Shown here: in pieces, positions 9,740-17,772 of the stretch | How positions within the stretch are numbered: the stretch's first letter is position 1 | Layout: every line of letters begins with the position of its first letter | Sequence record: SRR22947727_1620 | Reading direction: 5' to 3' (one strand) | DNA length: 61,870 nt | Made by a program: the position numbers and the translations under genes | The notes under the pieces: generated by a model | What the model saw: the letters and a program-made list of their open reading frames with translations, nothing else | What the model was told of the DNA's origin: nothing | Databases searched by the model: none

Positions 9740-10186
9740 ATGATTAAAAAGTTAGATCTCTTAAATAATAAGATTGTTGCTGCTTTACAAAAAAATGCCA
9801 GGGTGTCTTTTGCAGAAATAGGAAGGCTGGTGGGTTTAACACCGCCAGCTGTAGCGGAACGGGTAAAAAAATTAGAAGACACCTCGGTTATATTGAAATA
9901 TCATACAGAGGTATCCTATACGCAGATGGGGTATCAGCTGAAGGCGATGATTACTTTAAGGGCTTTTGTAGGTAAATTGAAACCTTTTTTGGAGGTGGTA
10001 AAATCCTATCCTGAGGTGGTAAACTGCTACCGGATTACTGGAAATGAAAACATTATGATGGAGGTGGTTCTTAAAGACCAACAACACTTAGAGAAATTTA
10101 TAGATAAACTCATCCAATATGGTGAAACTAGGACGCATATTATTTTGTCAGAGGTAGTTTCATCTGCACCTATATATGCCATTTAA
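9740..10186 (+). CDS. Lrp/AsnC family transcriptional regulator
   Basis: LQKNARVSFAEIGRLVGLTPPAVAERVKKLE HTH; CYRITG effector-binding domain motif. Confidence 0.93.
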   Translation: MIKKLDLLNNKIVAALQKNARVSFAEIGRLVGLTPPAVAERVKKLEDTSVILKYHTEVSYTQMGYQLKAMITLRAFVGKLKPFLEVVKSYPEVVNCYRITGNENIMMEVVLKDQQHLEKFIDKLIQYGETRTHIILSEVVSSAPIYAI

Positions 10187-10208
10187 TCTCTTTGGGTTAT
10201 ATTTGAGT

Positions 10209-10889
10209 ATGAATTACAGATACTTCCTTGCGTCATTTTTATTTGTGTTTTTAAGCTTTAATGCGGTTAAAGCCCAAGCTGTTATTTCTGAAAAGCAGGC
10301 AGAAAGAGCCATCAAAAAAGAACAAAGGCAATTGAAGCGAATGAATCGCCAGTATACAGATTCTCTTACTTATAAGGCAGAGTATTATCAGTATATGCTC
10401 TTAGAGGACTTAGATACAAGAAATTTTGAAAATTTGGGTTGGTGGCAGTATCAATATAATTACTACAACAGCGTCATTGAATCTGCTCCCGAGAATCTCT
10501 CAGCAAAGGCACTTATTGTAGATAGATTTGCTAAAAATGTGATTGTTTTAATGGTGTCTATGCTTAGAAGGGTCTACGACATTGAGGCCAACAGACCAGC
10601 CGCTATTAGGGATATTCCTGCAGTCGTTTTTTTATTGATGCTTAGGACTATTGTTCATCCAGAAGACTATGTGGCCTATTTGGCTGTGATTTCTTATAGT
10701 AGTAAGATGGAAGATTACGGAACAGCGCTATTCTATGTAGAAGCACTTTTAGAAAATGGATATACAGATTTAGACACCCTTGGCGCACTTCCAGAAACAG
10801 GTTTACTAAGGATAATGCCTGAATACCAAGCCTTATTAGAAGTGTATTTAAATAAAGGGTTGTATGGGATTAGAGAAGAGGATTCGTAG
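10209..10889 (+). CDS. Secreted helical (TPR-like) hypothetical protein
   Basis: Signal peptide ending AVKA-Q; C-terminal ALFYVEALLENGY helix pattern; TATATTTG at 10198-10205 supports ATG 10209. Confidence 0.65.
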   Translation: MNYRYFLASFLFVFLSFNAVKAQAVISEKQAERAIKKEQRQLKRMNRQYTDSLTYKAEYYQYMLLEDLDTRNFENLGWWQYQYNYYNSVIESAPENLSAKALIVDRFAKNVIVLMVSMLRRVYDIEANRPAAIRDIPAVVFLLMLRTIVHPEDYVAYLAVISYSSKMEDYGTALFYVEALLENGYTDLDTLGALPETGLLRIMPEYQALLEVYLNKGLYGIREEDS

Positions 10890-10915
10890 TATTGTATTAA
10901 AGAATAAAGGATTGT

Positions 10916-11617
10916 ATGGTATTAGAGAAGCGGATTCATAGTGGTGTACTATTTGTGATTATGGGTCATTTTTTTTTAATGACCTCTTGTAAGCAACCCA
11001 AAAAATACCATGATGCTGAAGACCAAAGGGCAAGCATAGTGGGTGAAGGGGTTTTAAATACTCTAGGAGAAAGGGATAGTATCCTTCAATCTGTTTTGGA
11101 TTTTCAAAAAGAATTAAACGCTTCATTTAAAGATCCTGAGGCGTCTCCCTTGGTAGATAAGGATAAAATGAATTTCCAAGGTTTGGATTATTTTTTACCA
11201 AATGTAGATTTTGTGGTTAGGGCTAAATTGATTAAAACCCCTAATGCACTTCCGTTTGGTATGCCTACAACTACAGATAGAATCTCTCAAGAGCGGGTGT
11301 ATGGGCGTCTGTATTTTAATTTGAAGGGAAACCCCTTTTCTTTAGAAGTATACCAGAGTTTGGATCTATTGGAAAAGGAAGGCTATGAGGATTATTTATT
11401 TCTTCCCTTCAAAGACCTCACTAATGGCAATGAAACTTACGGTGGCGGCAGGTATTTAGATTTGAGAACGGTACAGGGAGATTCTATTTGGATAGACTTT
11501 AATAAATCTTATAATCCGTATTGTGCCTACAATAAAAAATATTCATGCCCGGTAGTACCTTCGCAGAATGATTTAGAAATTTCTATCAAAGCAGGTGTTA
11601 AAGTGTTTGTAAAATAA
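10916..11617 (+). CDS. DUF1684 family protein (probable lipoprotein)
   Basis: LFLPFKDLTNGNETYGGGRYLD and DFNKSYNPYCAYN..YSCP motifs; lipobox-like MTSC. Confidence 0.88.
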   Translation: MVLEKRIHSGVLFVIMGHFFLMTSCKQPKKYHDAEDQRASIVGEGVLNTLGERDSILQSVLDFQKELNASFKDPEASPLVDKDKMNFQGLDYFLPNVDFVVRAKLIKTPNALPFGMPTTTDRISQERVYGRLYFNLKGNPFSLEVYQSLDLLEKEGYEDYLFLPFKDLTNGNETYGGGRYLDLRTVQGDSIWIDFNKSYNPYCAYNKKYSCPVVPSQNDLEISIKAGVKVFVK

Positions 11618-11651
11618 AAAAAACCAGTCTTTGGAGAAGACTGGTTTTTTT
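11616..11651. terminator. Bidirectional intrinsic terminator
   Basis: A-run + CCAGTCTT-TGGAG-AAGACTGG + T-run between convergent genes. Confidence 0.85.
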
Positions 11652-11695
11652 AAACTAAACTTAACTAATACCTATCCCTTAATGCAATGGAGGAA

Positions 11696-12754
11696 TTAAA
11701 AGGCATAAACTGCTGCTAGTACAAAAGAAGATAGGCTCTTTTGCGGCGCAAATTTTGTATCCAAAAAGCTTTCGTCAGAACCATTATCTATTCTAATTTC
11801 TGGCTTTAAAATAAGGTTTCCTATTGATGCACTTCCTGTAAGGGTTAAAGCAAACACGCTAGAATCTGCTACACCACTATCTGTTTGGTCAATGGCTCCA
11901 TAAGCACCACTTTCTACAAAGTATTCTCCTCTTAAGCCAATGGCAAAAGTGTCTGAAGTGGTTAATTGCGGGTAAAGTGCTACTCCTGAGAATCCAACAC
12001 CGTCATTGTCATAAATGGCACCGTTGAGTCCTAAGTAAAAATTATCTGTAACGGAAAAACCTCCAGTGTAATCCAATTCATAAGCACCGCTATCTGTTAA
12101 TAAATTAAGGAATTGACCTTTGTATCCAAGTTGCGCTCCAAAAGCATAAATTCCTGTTGGGTTGTATTCTGTCAGATCTGTTGGGTTAAAGATTCCAAGC
12201 ATGGCAGAGAAGTCTTCACTCAGTGCAAAATCTGCTTTTATTCCAGTATGGCTAAAAGGTCCGTAAGAGAATAAGTATGAGGTACTGTAGTTGAAATTTG
12301 CTGCTGGAGATATTACTTCGTAGCCTAAAAAGGTGTTAAAATTACCCATGGTTAGAGTAACCTTATCGCTCACGTTCCAATACATATATAATTGGTTTAC
12401 AATATTTCCGGTTGCAGAATACATGGGGGAGTTAAAAATAGCATCTGTACCTCTTGGTCCAAAGACTAAGTCTGCTACGAATCCAACTTTTTCCCCTTCG
12501 TAAGCTGCTACTACATTGGCCATACCTAAAGCAAATCCTGGTAAATTAGCAAATGAGCTTCCAGGAGCCATAGTGTTTTCTCCTACATTTGGAGCGTTTA
12601 AATTACCTCTGAAATAAGCGTCTACCGTTCCACTAATGCTAAATTTTGGTGTGGTTTCTTCTTCTGCCTCTTGAGCGAAAGTTAATGTTGTTGCTGTTAA
12701 TGCTGCACTTAGCATTAAAAATTTTGCGTTATTTGTGAAAGTTTTAAAAATCAT
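11696..12754 (-). CDS. Outer-membrane beta-barrel porin, last gene of the glnB-amtB operon
   Basis: Signal peptide (TFA-Q), alternating beta-strand pattern, GNFNTFLGYEVI, C-terminal aromatic YAF. Confidence 0.8.
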   Translation of the reverse strand: MIFKTFTNNAKFLMLSAALTATTLTFAQEAEEETTPKFSISGTVDAYFRGNLNAPNVGENTMAPGSSFANLPGFALGMANVVAAYEGEKVGFVADLVFGPRGTDAIFNSPMYSATGNIVNQLYMYWNVSDKVTLTMGNFNTFLGYEVISPAANFNYSTSYLFSYGPFSHTGIKADFALSEDFSAMLGIFNPTDLTEYNPTGIYAFGAQLGYKGQFLNLLTDSGAYELDYTGGFSVTDNFYLGLNGAIYDNDGVGFSGVALYPQLTTSDTFAIGLRGEYFVESGAYGAIDQTDSGVADSSVFALTLTGSASIGNLILKPEIRIDNGSDESFLDTKFAPQKSLSSFVLAAVYAF

Positions 12755-12761
12755 GAGAATT

Positions 12762-12821
12762 TGGTTTTAAATGGTTTTAAATGGTTTTTAACAAACGGAG
12801 CGTTCTGCAAAACGCTCCGTT
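12762..12821. repeat. Three tandem 10-bp TGGTTTTAAA units plus an 11-bp inverted repeat between amtB and the porin gene
   Basis: Units start at 12762, 12772 and 12782 (the last is imperfect); AACGGAGCGTT-CTGCAA-AACGCTCCGTT at 12794-12821. Confidence 0.8.
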
Positions 12822-12841
12822 GCTATTTATATAGGTTTTGT

Positions 12842-14086
12842 TTAGTGTTGGTTCAATCTAAAATCAGCATATGCATCCATGCCGTGTTCGTGAAGGTCTA
12901 AGCCTTCTAATTCTTCTTCTTTAGATACCCTTATTCCTCCTGTTTTCTTGATAGTGAAAAGGATGATAAATGCAGATATAGTACAGAAGGTAGCTGTGGC
13001 TCCTACGCCTGCTAGTTGGTAAAGGAATTGATCCATTCCTGCTTTTGCACCAAATACTCCAACAGCAAGTGTTCCGAAAATACCACATATTAGGTGTACC
13101 GCTACTGCTCCTACAGGGTCATCTAGTTTAATTTTATCTATAAAAGCTACTGCTAAAACGATGAGGGCTCCGGCCAATAATCCAATCACAACAGATTCGT
13201 TTGGAGACATTAGATCTGCTCCTGCGGTAATACCTACTAAGCCTCCTAGAATTCCGTTAAGGAACATGGTAAGGTCGTAATTTTTGTATAAGATTGTGGA
13301 AAGGATAAATGCGCCAATTCCACCCGCTGCTGCTGCTAAAGATGTTGTTACAAGCACTAAAGAAGTTCCTGCTGGGTCCGCAGATAAAACAGACCCACCG
13401 TTAAATCCAAACCAACCCAACCACAAGATAAGTACTCCAGCTGCTGCTAAAGGAATGTTGTGTCCTGGTATGGCTTGCGCTTTTCCACTTTCAGAAAATT
13501 TACCAATTCTAGGGCCTAGAAGGTATATGGCTATTAATGCAGCCCAACCACCAACAGAGTGTACTAGTGTAGATCCAGCAAAGTCGTGAAACCCGCCATT
13601 TTCGCCACCTATTGTGCTTAAAAATCCACCACCCCACTGCCAAGATCCTACGATAGGATATACAAGACCTACATATATTAGGGTAAAAATCATGAAACCA
13701 CCCAACTTAATACGTTCTGCTACAGCTCCTGAAACAATGGTTGCTGCAGTTGCGGCAAACATTCCTTGGAAGAGAAAATCAGTCCAGTAGGTGTATCCGC
13801 CAGAGGCGTAATCAGGGGTTAGTCCATTTTCAGGGAGCGGGATTCCAAATCCTGCAAACCCAAGATATCCATTGAAATCTCCAGGGTACATTAGGTTAAA
13901 CCCGCCTATATAGTAAAGTAATAATCCAGTACAAATAATGAATACATTCTTAAATAATATATTAATTGTGTTTTTTTGTCTGGTTAATCCAATCTCTAAA
14001 AAAGAGAATCCTAGGTGCATGAAAAATACCAAAGCGGTACATACCATCATCCATACGTTATTTGCTGTAAATATTGCTGTTTCCAT
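12842..14086 (-). CDS. amtB: Ammonium transporter
   Basis: FQGMFAATAATIVSGAVAER, DFAGSTLVHSVGGW, LWLGWFGFNGGS, DDPVGAVAVH. Confidence 0.97.
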   Translation of the reverse strand: METAIFTANNVWMMVCTALVFFMHLGFSFLEIGLTRQKNTINILFKNVFIICTGLLLYYIGGFNLMYPGDFNGYLGFAGFGIPLPENGLTPDYASGGYTYWTDFLFQGMFAATAATIVSGAVAERIKLGGFMIFTLIYVGLVYPIVGSWQWGGGFLSTIGGENGGFHDFAGSTLVHSVGGWAALIAIYLLGPRIGKFSESGKAQAIPGHNIPLAAAGVLILWLGWFGFNGGSVLSADPAGTSLVLVTTSLAAAAGGIGAFILSTILYKNYDLTMFLNGILGGLVGITAGADLMSPNESVVIGLLAGALIVLAVAFIDKIKLDDPVGAVAVHLICGIFGTLAVGVFGAKAGMDQFLYQLAGVGATATFCTISAFIILFTIKKTGGIRVSKEEELEGLDLHEHGMDAYADFRLNQH

Positions 14087-14113
14087 TTTTATATTCTTTT
14101 TGAGTAATCTGTA

Positions 14114-14452
14114 TTAGTTTATGCCTGCTTTTCCATTCTCTCTTGTCCTTATTCTATACGCGTCTTGTACATCAGAAACAAAAATCTTACCGTCTCCTAC
14201 ATTTCCTGTACTGGCGGCTTCCAAAATGGTATTTATAGTCGGTTCTAGAAATTCATCAGAAATTACTATGGAAAGTATTCTCCTTTGAATGTCAGAAGTA
14301 CTGTAGCTAATGCCTCTGTAGACATGTCCTTGCTTTTCATTTCCAACGCCGGTTACGTCCCAGTAGCTAAAGAAGTTAACCTCTATGGCGTGAAGGGCTT
14401 TTTTGACGTCGTCAAATTTTGATTTTCTAATAATGGCTTCCACTTTTTTCAT
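14114..14452 (-). CDS. glnB: P-II nitrogen regulatory protein (GlnB/GlnK)
   Basis: 112 aa; MKKVEAIIR, T-loop YRGISY, TGNVGDGKIFVS, RIRT; directly upstream of amtB, so GlnK-like by position. Confidence 0.92.
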   Translation of the reverse strand: MKKVEAIIRKSKFDDVKKALHAIEVNFFSYWDVTGVGNEKQGHVYRGISYSTSDIQRRILSIVISDEFLEPTINTILEAASTGNVGDGKIFVSDVQDAYRIRTRENGKAGIN

Positions 14453-14505
14453 AATGGGACTGTTATTTATGGGTTAATACGAAGTAAACTTATGTATTTG
14501 TAATT

Positions 14506-14582
14506 ATACCCCCTAATTTTTAGGGGGTATTGTATTAATTATTATTATATAAACAAAATATACCCTAAAAAAATGAGGGTAT
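14506..14582. promoter_or_regulatory. Palindromic operator candidates upstream of glnB-amtB-porin
   Basis: Perfect 11-3-11 inverted repeat ATACCCCCTAA-TTT-TTAGGGGGTAT (14506-14530); 7-9-7 ATACCCT-N9-AGGGTAT (14560-14582). Confidence 0.75.
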
Positions 14583-14681
14583 CATTTTTTTAGGGCCCGA
14601 AAATTGAGTGTGTGAATGAAAAAATAGGGGGGTACCCACAATAAAATGAGTGCTACTAATAAAAACAGAAATTATTTTTAA

Positions 14682-15065
14682 CTAGATTGCTTTTGCTGTG
14701 TGTAGACCAAGCGAAATGGCTAGTATACCTATTATGATACTAGAAAGGGTGTAGAAAGTAAATTCTAGTATTTGTCCATTTTTGAGAAAAGCTTGATTTT
14801 CGAATGCAAATGTAGAAAAGGTGGTAAACCCTCCACAAAGCCCTATGGCTAAAAATGAATATAGGGGAGCACTTGCCAAAGCTGGGTTTTTATAACTTAA
14901 GCCAATAATAAGACCTAATAGTAAGCAACCTATAATGTTTACACCAAAGGTACCCCAAAAAAAATGGTCGCTCAATGGATTACCTATTTTGCTAAGCCCA
15001 TATCTTAGTATGGTACCAAAGCCTCCGCCTATAAATAATGCAGTCATGGTTTTTAGCTGCTCCAT
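14682..15065 (-). CDS. crcB: Fluoride efflux channel Fluc/CrcB
   Basis: GGGFGTILRY, GTFGVNIIG, GLCGGFTTFSTF. Confidence 0.93.
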   Translation of the reverse strand: MEQLKTMTALFIGGGFGTILRYGLSKIGNPLSDHFFWGTFGVNIIGCLLLGLIIGLSYKNPALASAPLYSFLAIGLCGGFTTFSTFAFENQAFLKNGQILEFTFYTLSSIIIGILAISLGLHTAKAI

Positions 15066-15067
15066 AT

Positions 15068-15256
15068 TTAAGACTTTAAATATGTTTTCAAAACAAAAAG
15101 CAATAAAATAAAAAGGATAAAACCAAGGAGTAGCTTTAAAACCCCTTTAAAATTTTTTTGGTGTTGGGCACGCTCTTTTTTGAAAGCCATTACAATGGCA
15201 ACCACAAAAGAAATGGCAAAAAGCACTGCGAACACTATTTGTCCTTTACTAAACAT
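15068..15256 (-). CDS. Small two-helix membrane protein (62 aa)
   Basis: MFSKGQIVFAVLF... with two hydrophobic segments; TAGCTTTG promoter element just upstream; stop lies 2 nt from the crcB start. Confidence 0.7.
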   Translation of the reverse strand: MFSKGQIVFAVLFAISFVVAIVMAFKKERAQHQKNFKGVLKLLLGFILFILLLFVLKTYLKS

Positions 15257-15331
15257 ATTCCTATTTTTACACAAAGCTACATTAAATAATGCAAACCTTT
15301 TTTGTGTTTTAATGTTCATTAAATAAATATT

Positions 15332-15718
15332 ATGAAAGATAAATTAGACGCGGTTGCCGCTTTTCATACGGCATTCAAGATAGGTTATGCTAAATCACCA
15401 ATAGCCAGTTTAGGAGCGCAAAAAAATCAATTGCGCTTTTCTTTAATGGAAGAGGAAAACAAAGAGTATTTAGAAGCGGCGCAGAACAATGATCTAGTAG
15501 AGGTGGCAGACGCATTGGGAGATATGCTTTACATATTATGCGGGACCATTATTGAGCATGGAATGCAGGATAAGATTGAGGCTGTTTTTAACGAAATACA
15601 AAAGTCCAATATGAGTAAACTAGGGGAAGACGGCGCACCCATATATAGGGAAGATGGAAAAGTTTTAAAAGGACCAAATTATTTTAAGCCCAATCTAAAG
15701 GCTATTTTGGAAGAATAA
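15332..15718 (+). CDS. MazG-like nucleoside triphosphate pyrophosphohydrolase
   Basis: EEENKEYLEA..EVADALGDMLY, SNMSKLG, DGKVLKGPNY. Confidence 0.88.
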   Translation: MKDKLDAVAAFHTAFKIGYAKSPIASLGAQKNQLRFSLMEEENKEYLEAAQNNDLVEVADALGDMLYILCGTIIEHGMQDKIEAVFNEIQKSNMSKLGEDGAPIYREDGKVLKGPNYFKPNLKAILEE

Positions 15719-15743
15719 AAAAAGGCTCCCTTGGGAGCCTTTT
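15717..15743. terminator. Bidirectional intrinsic terminator
   Basis: A-run + GGCTCCC-TT-GGGAGCC + TTTT between convergent genes. Confidence 0.8.
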
Positions 15744-15747
15744 AAAT

Positions 15748-16815
15748 TTAGTACGCTTTAACCCTCCAACCATAAGGGTCAGGTGATAAGTTGTATTGTA
15801 TGTCGTTGAGTGTTTTCTTAAAGAATGTGGCGTAACTGTCTTCTTGTGGTGTAATTTCATACTTCTCTCCTTTGTAACCAAAGCCAGAAATTGGACTCAC
15901 TACTGCAGCAGTTCCTGCGCCGAACATTTCTAGTAATTGGTTATTTTTATGTGCTTCAAGAATTTCAGCTACTTTAATAGGTCTAACTTCTAAGTTTATC
16001 CCATTGTCTTTGGCCAATTGTATTAAACTTTTTCTTGTGATTCCATCTAAAATTGAATCAGAGGTTGGTCCTGTTATTAAGGTATTTCCAATACGAATAA
16101 AAATATTCATTGTTCCAGCTTCCTCAATATGTTGGTGTGTATTGGCATCTGTCCATACTACTTGTTGAAATCCTTCTGCTTGGGCTAATTGAGTGGGGTA
16201 AAAAGAGCCTGCATAATTTCCTGCAGCTTTGGCATACCCAAAACCACCACTTGCAGCCCTACTAAATGTTTCTGCAATTTTAACCCTCACTTCTCCGCTA
16301 TAGTAGGATTGTGCTGGAGAGCAAATGACCATAAATTTATACTCTTTGGCGGGAGAGGCAATAACGCCGGCTTGAGACGCGATCATAAAAGGCCTGATAT
16401 ACAAAGAATTCCCTGCACCAGGTTTGATCCAATTTTGGTCCAATGCTAACAATTTGTGAAGTCCTTCCATAAAGTATTCTTTTGTAATTGCTGGCATGGC
16501 CAATCTTTCACAGGACTTATTAAACCGCTTAAAATTATCTTCGGGTCTGAACAACCATGCGTCACCATGATGGTCTTTGAATGCCTTCATGCCTTCAAAA
16601 ATAGCTTGGCCATAGTGAAATACACTGGCGCTTGGCGAAATACTTATATTTTGATAAGGTTTAATCTGTGGTCTTTCCCAGCCACCATTCTTAAAGTCAC
16701 AGACCAACATATGGTCTGCGAAAATTTCTCCAAAAGAAAGGTTTTCAAAATCTACTTCATTAATTCTAGAAGTTTGGGCAATTTCAATATCAAATGAATC
16801 AGTAGCTGTGCTCAT
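15748..16815 (-). CDS. ilvE: Branched-chain amino acid aminotransferase
   Basis: HYGQAIFEGMKA, SLYIRPF, KAAGNYA (PLP lysine), EAGTMN, ILDGITRKS, GTAAVVSP. Confidence 0.95.
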   Translation of the reverse strand: MSTATDSFDIEIAQTSRINEVDFENLSFGEIFADHMLVCDFKNGGWERPQIKPYQNISISPSASVFHYGQAIFEGMKAFKDHHGDAWLFRPEDNFKRFNKSCERLAMPAITKEYFMEGLHKLLALDQNWIKPGAGNSLYIRPFMIASQAGVIASPAKEYKFMVICSPAQSYYSGEVRVKIAETFSRAASGGFGYAKAAGNYAGSFYPTQLAQAEGFQQVVWTDANTHQHIEEAGTMNIFIRIGNTLITGPTSDSILDGITRKSLIQLAKDNGINLEVRPIKVAEILEAHKNNQLLEMFGAGTAAVVSPISGFGYKGEKYEITPQEDSYATFFKKTLNDIQYNLSPDPYGWRVKAY

Positions 16816-17055
16816 GGGCTATATATTTAAGAGAATAAAATTAAATAAAAATACTGTGAGCCCATTTTTATTTTCATATTATTAGCAAAATGCTTAAAAT
16901 GCGCTTCTCAAATAAGAATATGATATTTTTTTAACAATTGCGCTCTGATATTTGTTTGTATTTTCATTAAACCCTTTTTTAAAACTCCGTTGTAAGCAGG
17001 TTATATTCGCTAGTTTTTACTTTATAAACAGTAAAACTTGACATATCTTTATGGG

Positions 17056-17739
17056 GTGAAAAGAAAAATTGTAACTACCGCAGACGGTTCTAAAACCCTG
17101 CAAATAGAAGAATGGCAGGAACAGTACCATTCCATGCATGGTGCCATACAGGAAGCTTATCACGTTTTTATAAAACATGGTTTAGACCTTTTTGAAAATA
17201 AGGCTATTGCTATACTTGAAATTGGTTTTGGTACGGGATTAAATGCTTATATCACTTTTTTAGAAGCTCAGGAAAAAGGGCTTAATGTTGATTATTTCGG
17301 GCTAGAAGCATACCCAGTAAGTTTCGAAGAAGCTATGTCTATGGAGTATGTGACGTCTTTAAAGGATGCTGACTTTGGCCAAGAAGCTTTTGAGTTAATG
17401 CATAAAAGTCCATGGAACGTCCCCGTGAAAATTGCTTCTTTTTTTAATTTATTGAAGCTTGAAAAAAAGTTCCAAGATATTAATGATTCCAATGCGTATG
17501 AACTCATTTATTTTGACGCCTTTGGTTTTAGGGTGCAGCCTGAATTATGGTCTGAATCCATTTTTTTGAAAATGTATGCTGCACTGCGTCCAGGAGGCGT
17601 TTTGGTGACCTATGCAGCAAAAGGAAGTGTAAGAAGGGCTATGGTCAGTGTGGGGTTTTTAGTGGAACGTTTAGAAGGACCTCCAGGTAAACGTGAAATG
17701 CTCAGGGCAACTAAACCTAGATTAAATACTCAAATTTAA
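17056..17739 (+). CDS. mnmD: tRNA mnm5s2U34 methyltransferase (MnmC N-terminal-like, MnmD)
   Basis: TADGS..EQYHSMHGA, ILEIGFGTGLN, YFDAF, PELW, GPPGKREM; GTG 17056 preferred as start. Confidence 0.88.
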   Translation: MKRKIVTTADGSKTLQIEEWQEQYHSMHGAIQEAYHVFIKHGLDLFENKAIAILEIGFGTGLNAYITFLEAQEKGLNVDYFGLEAYPVSFEEAMSMEYVTSLKDADFGQEAFELMHKSPWNVPVKIASFFNLLKLEKKFQDINDSNAYELIYFDAFGFRVQPELWSESIFLKMYAALRPGGVLVTYAAKGSVRRAMVSVGFLVERLEGPPGKREMLRATKPRLNTQI

Positions 17740-17772
17740 ATTTTAACTCCTCCTTTTTTAATAGTTATTGTC

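Noticed and set aside
15066-15331. Fluoride riboswitch upstream of crcB
   Set aside because: crcB starts 2 nt after the upstream gene's stop, and no GGCGATGG-type aptamer core was seen upstream of that gene.
16816-17055. Pseudogene or RNA in the 240-bp ilvE-mnmD gap
   Set aside because: No convincing ORF, hairpin or repeat; explained adequately by divergent promoters.
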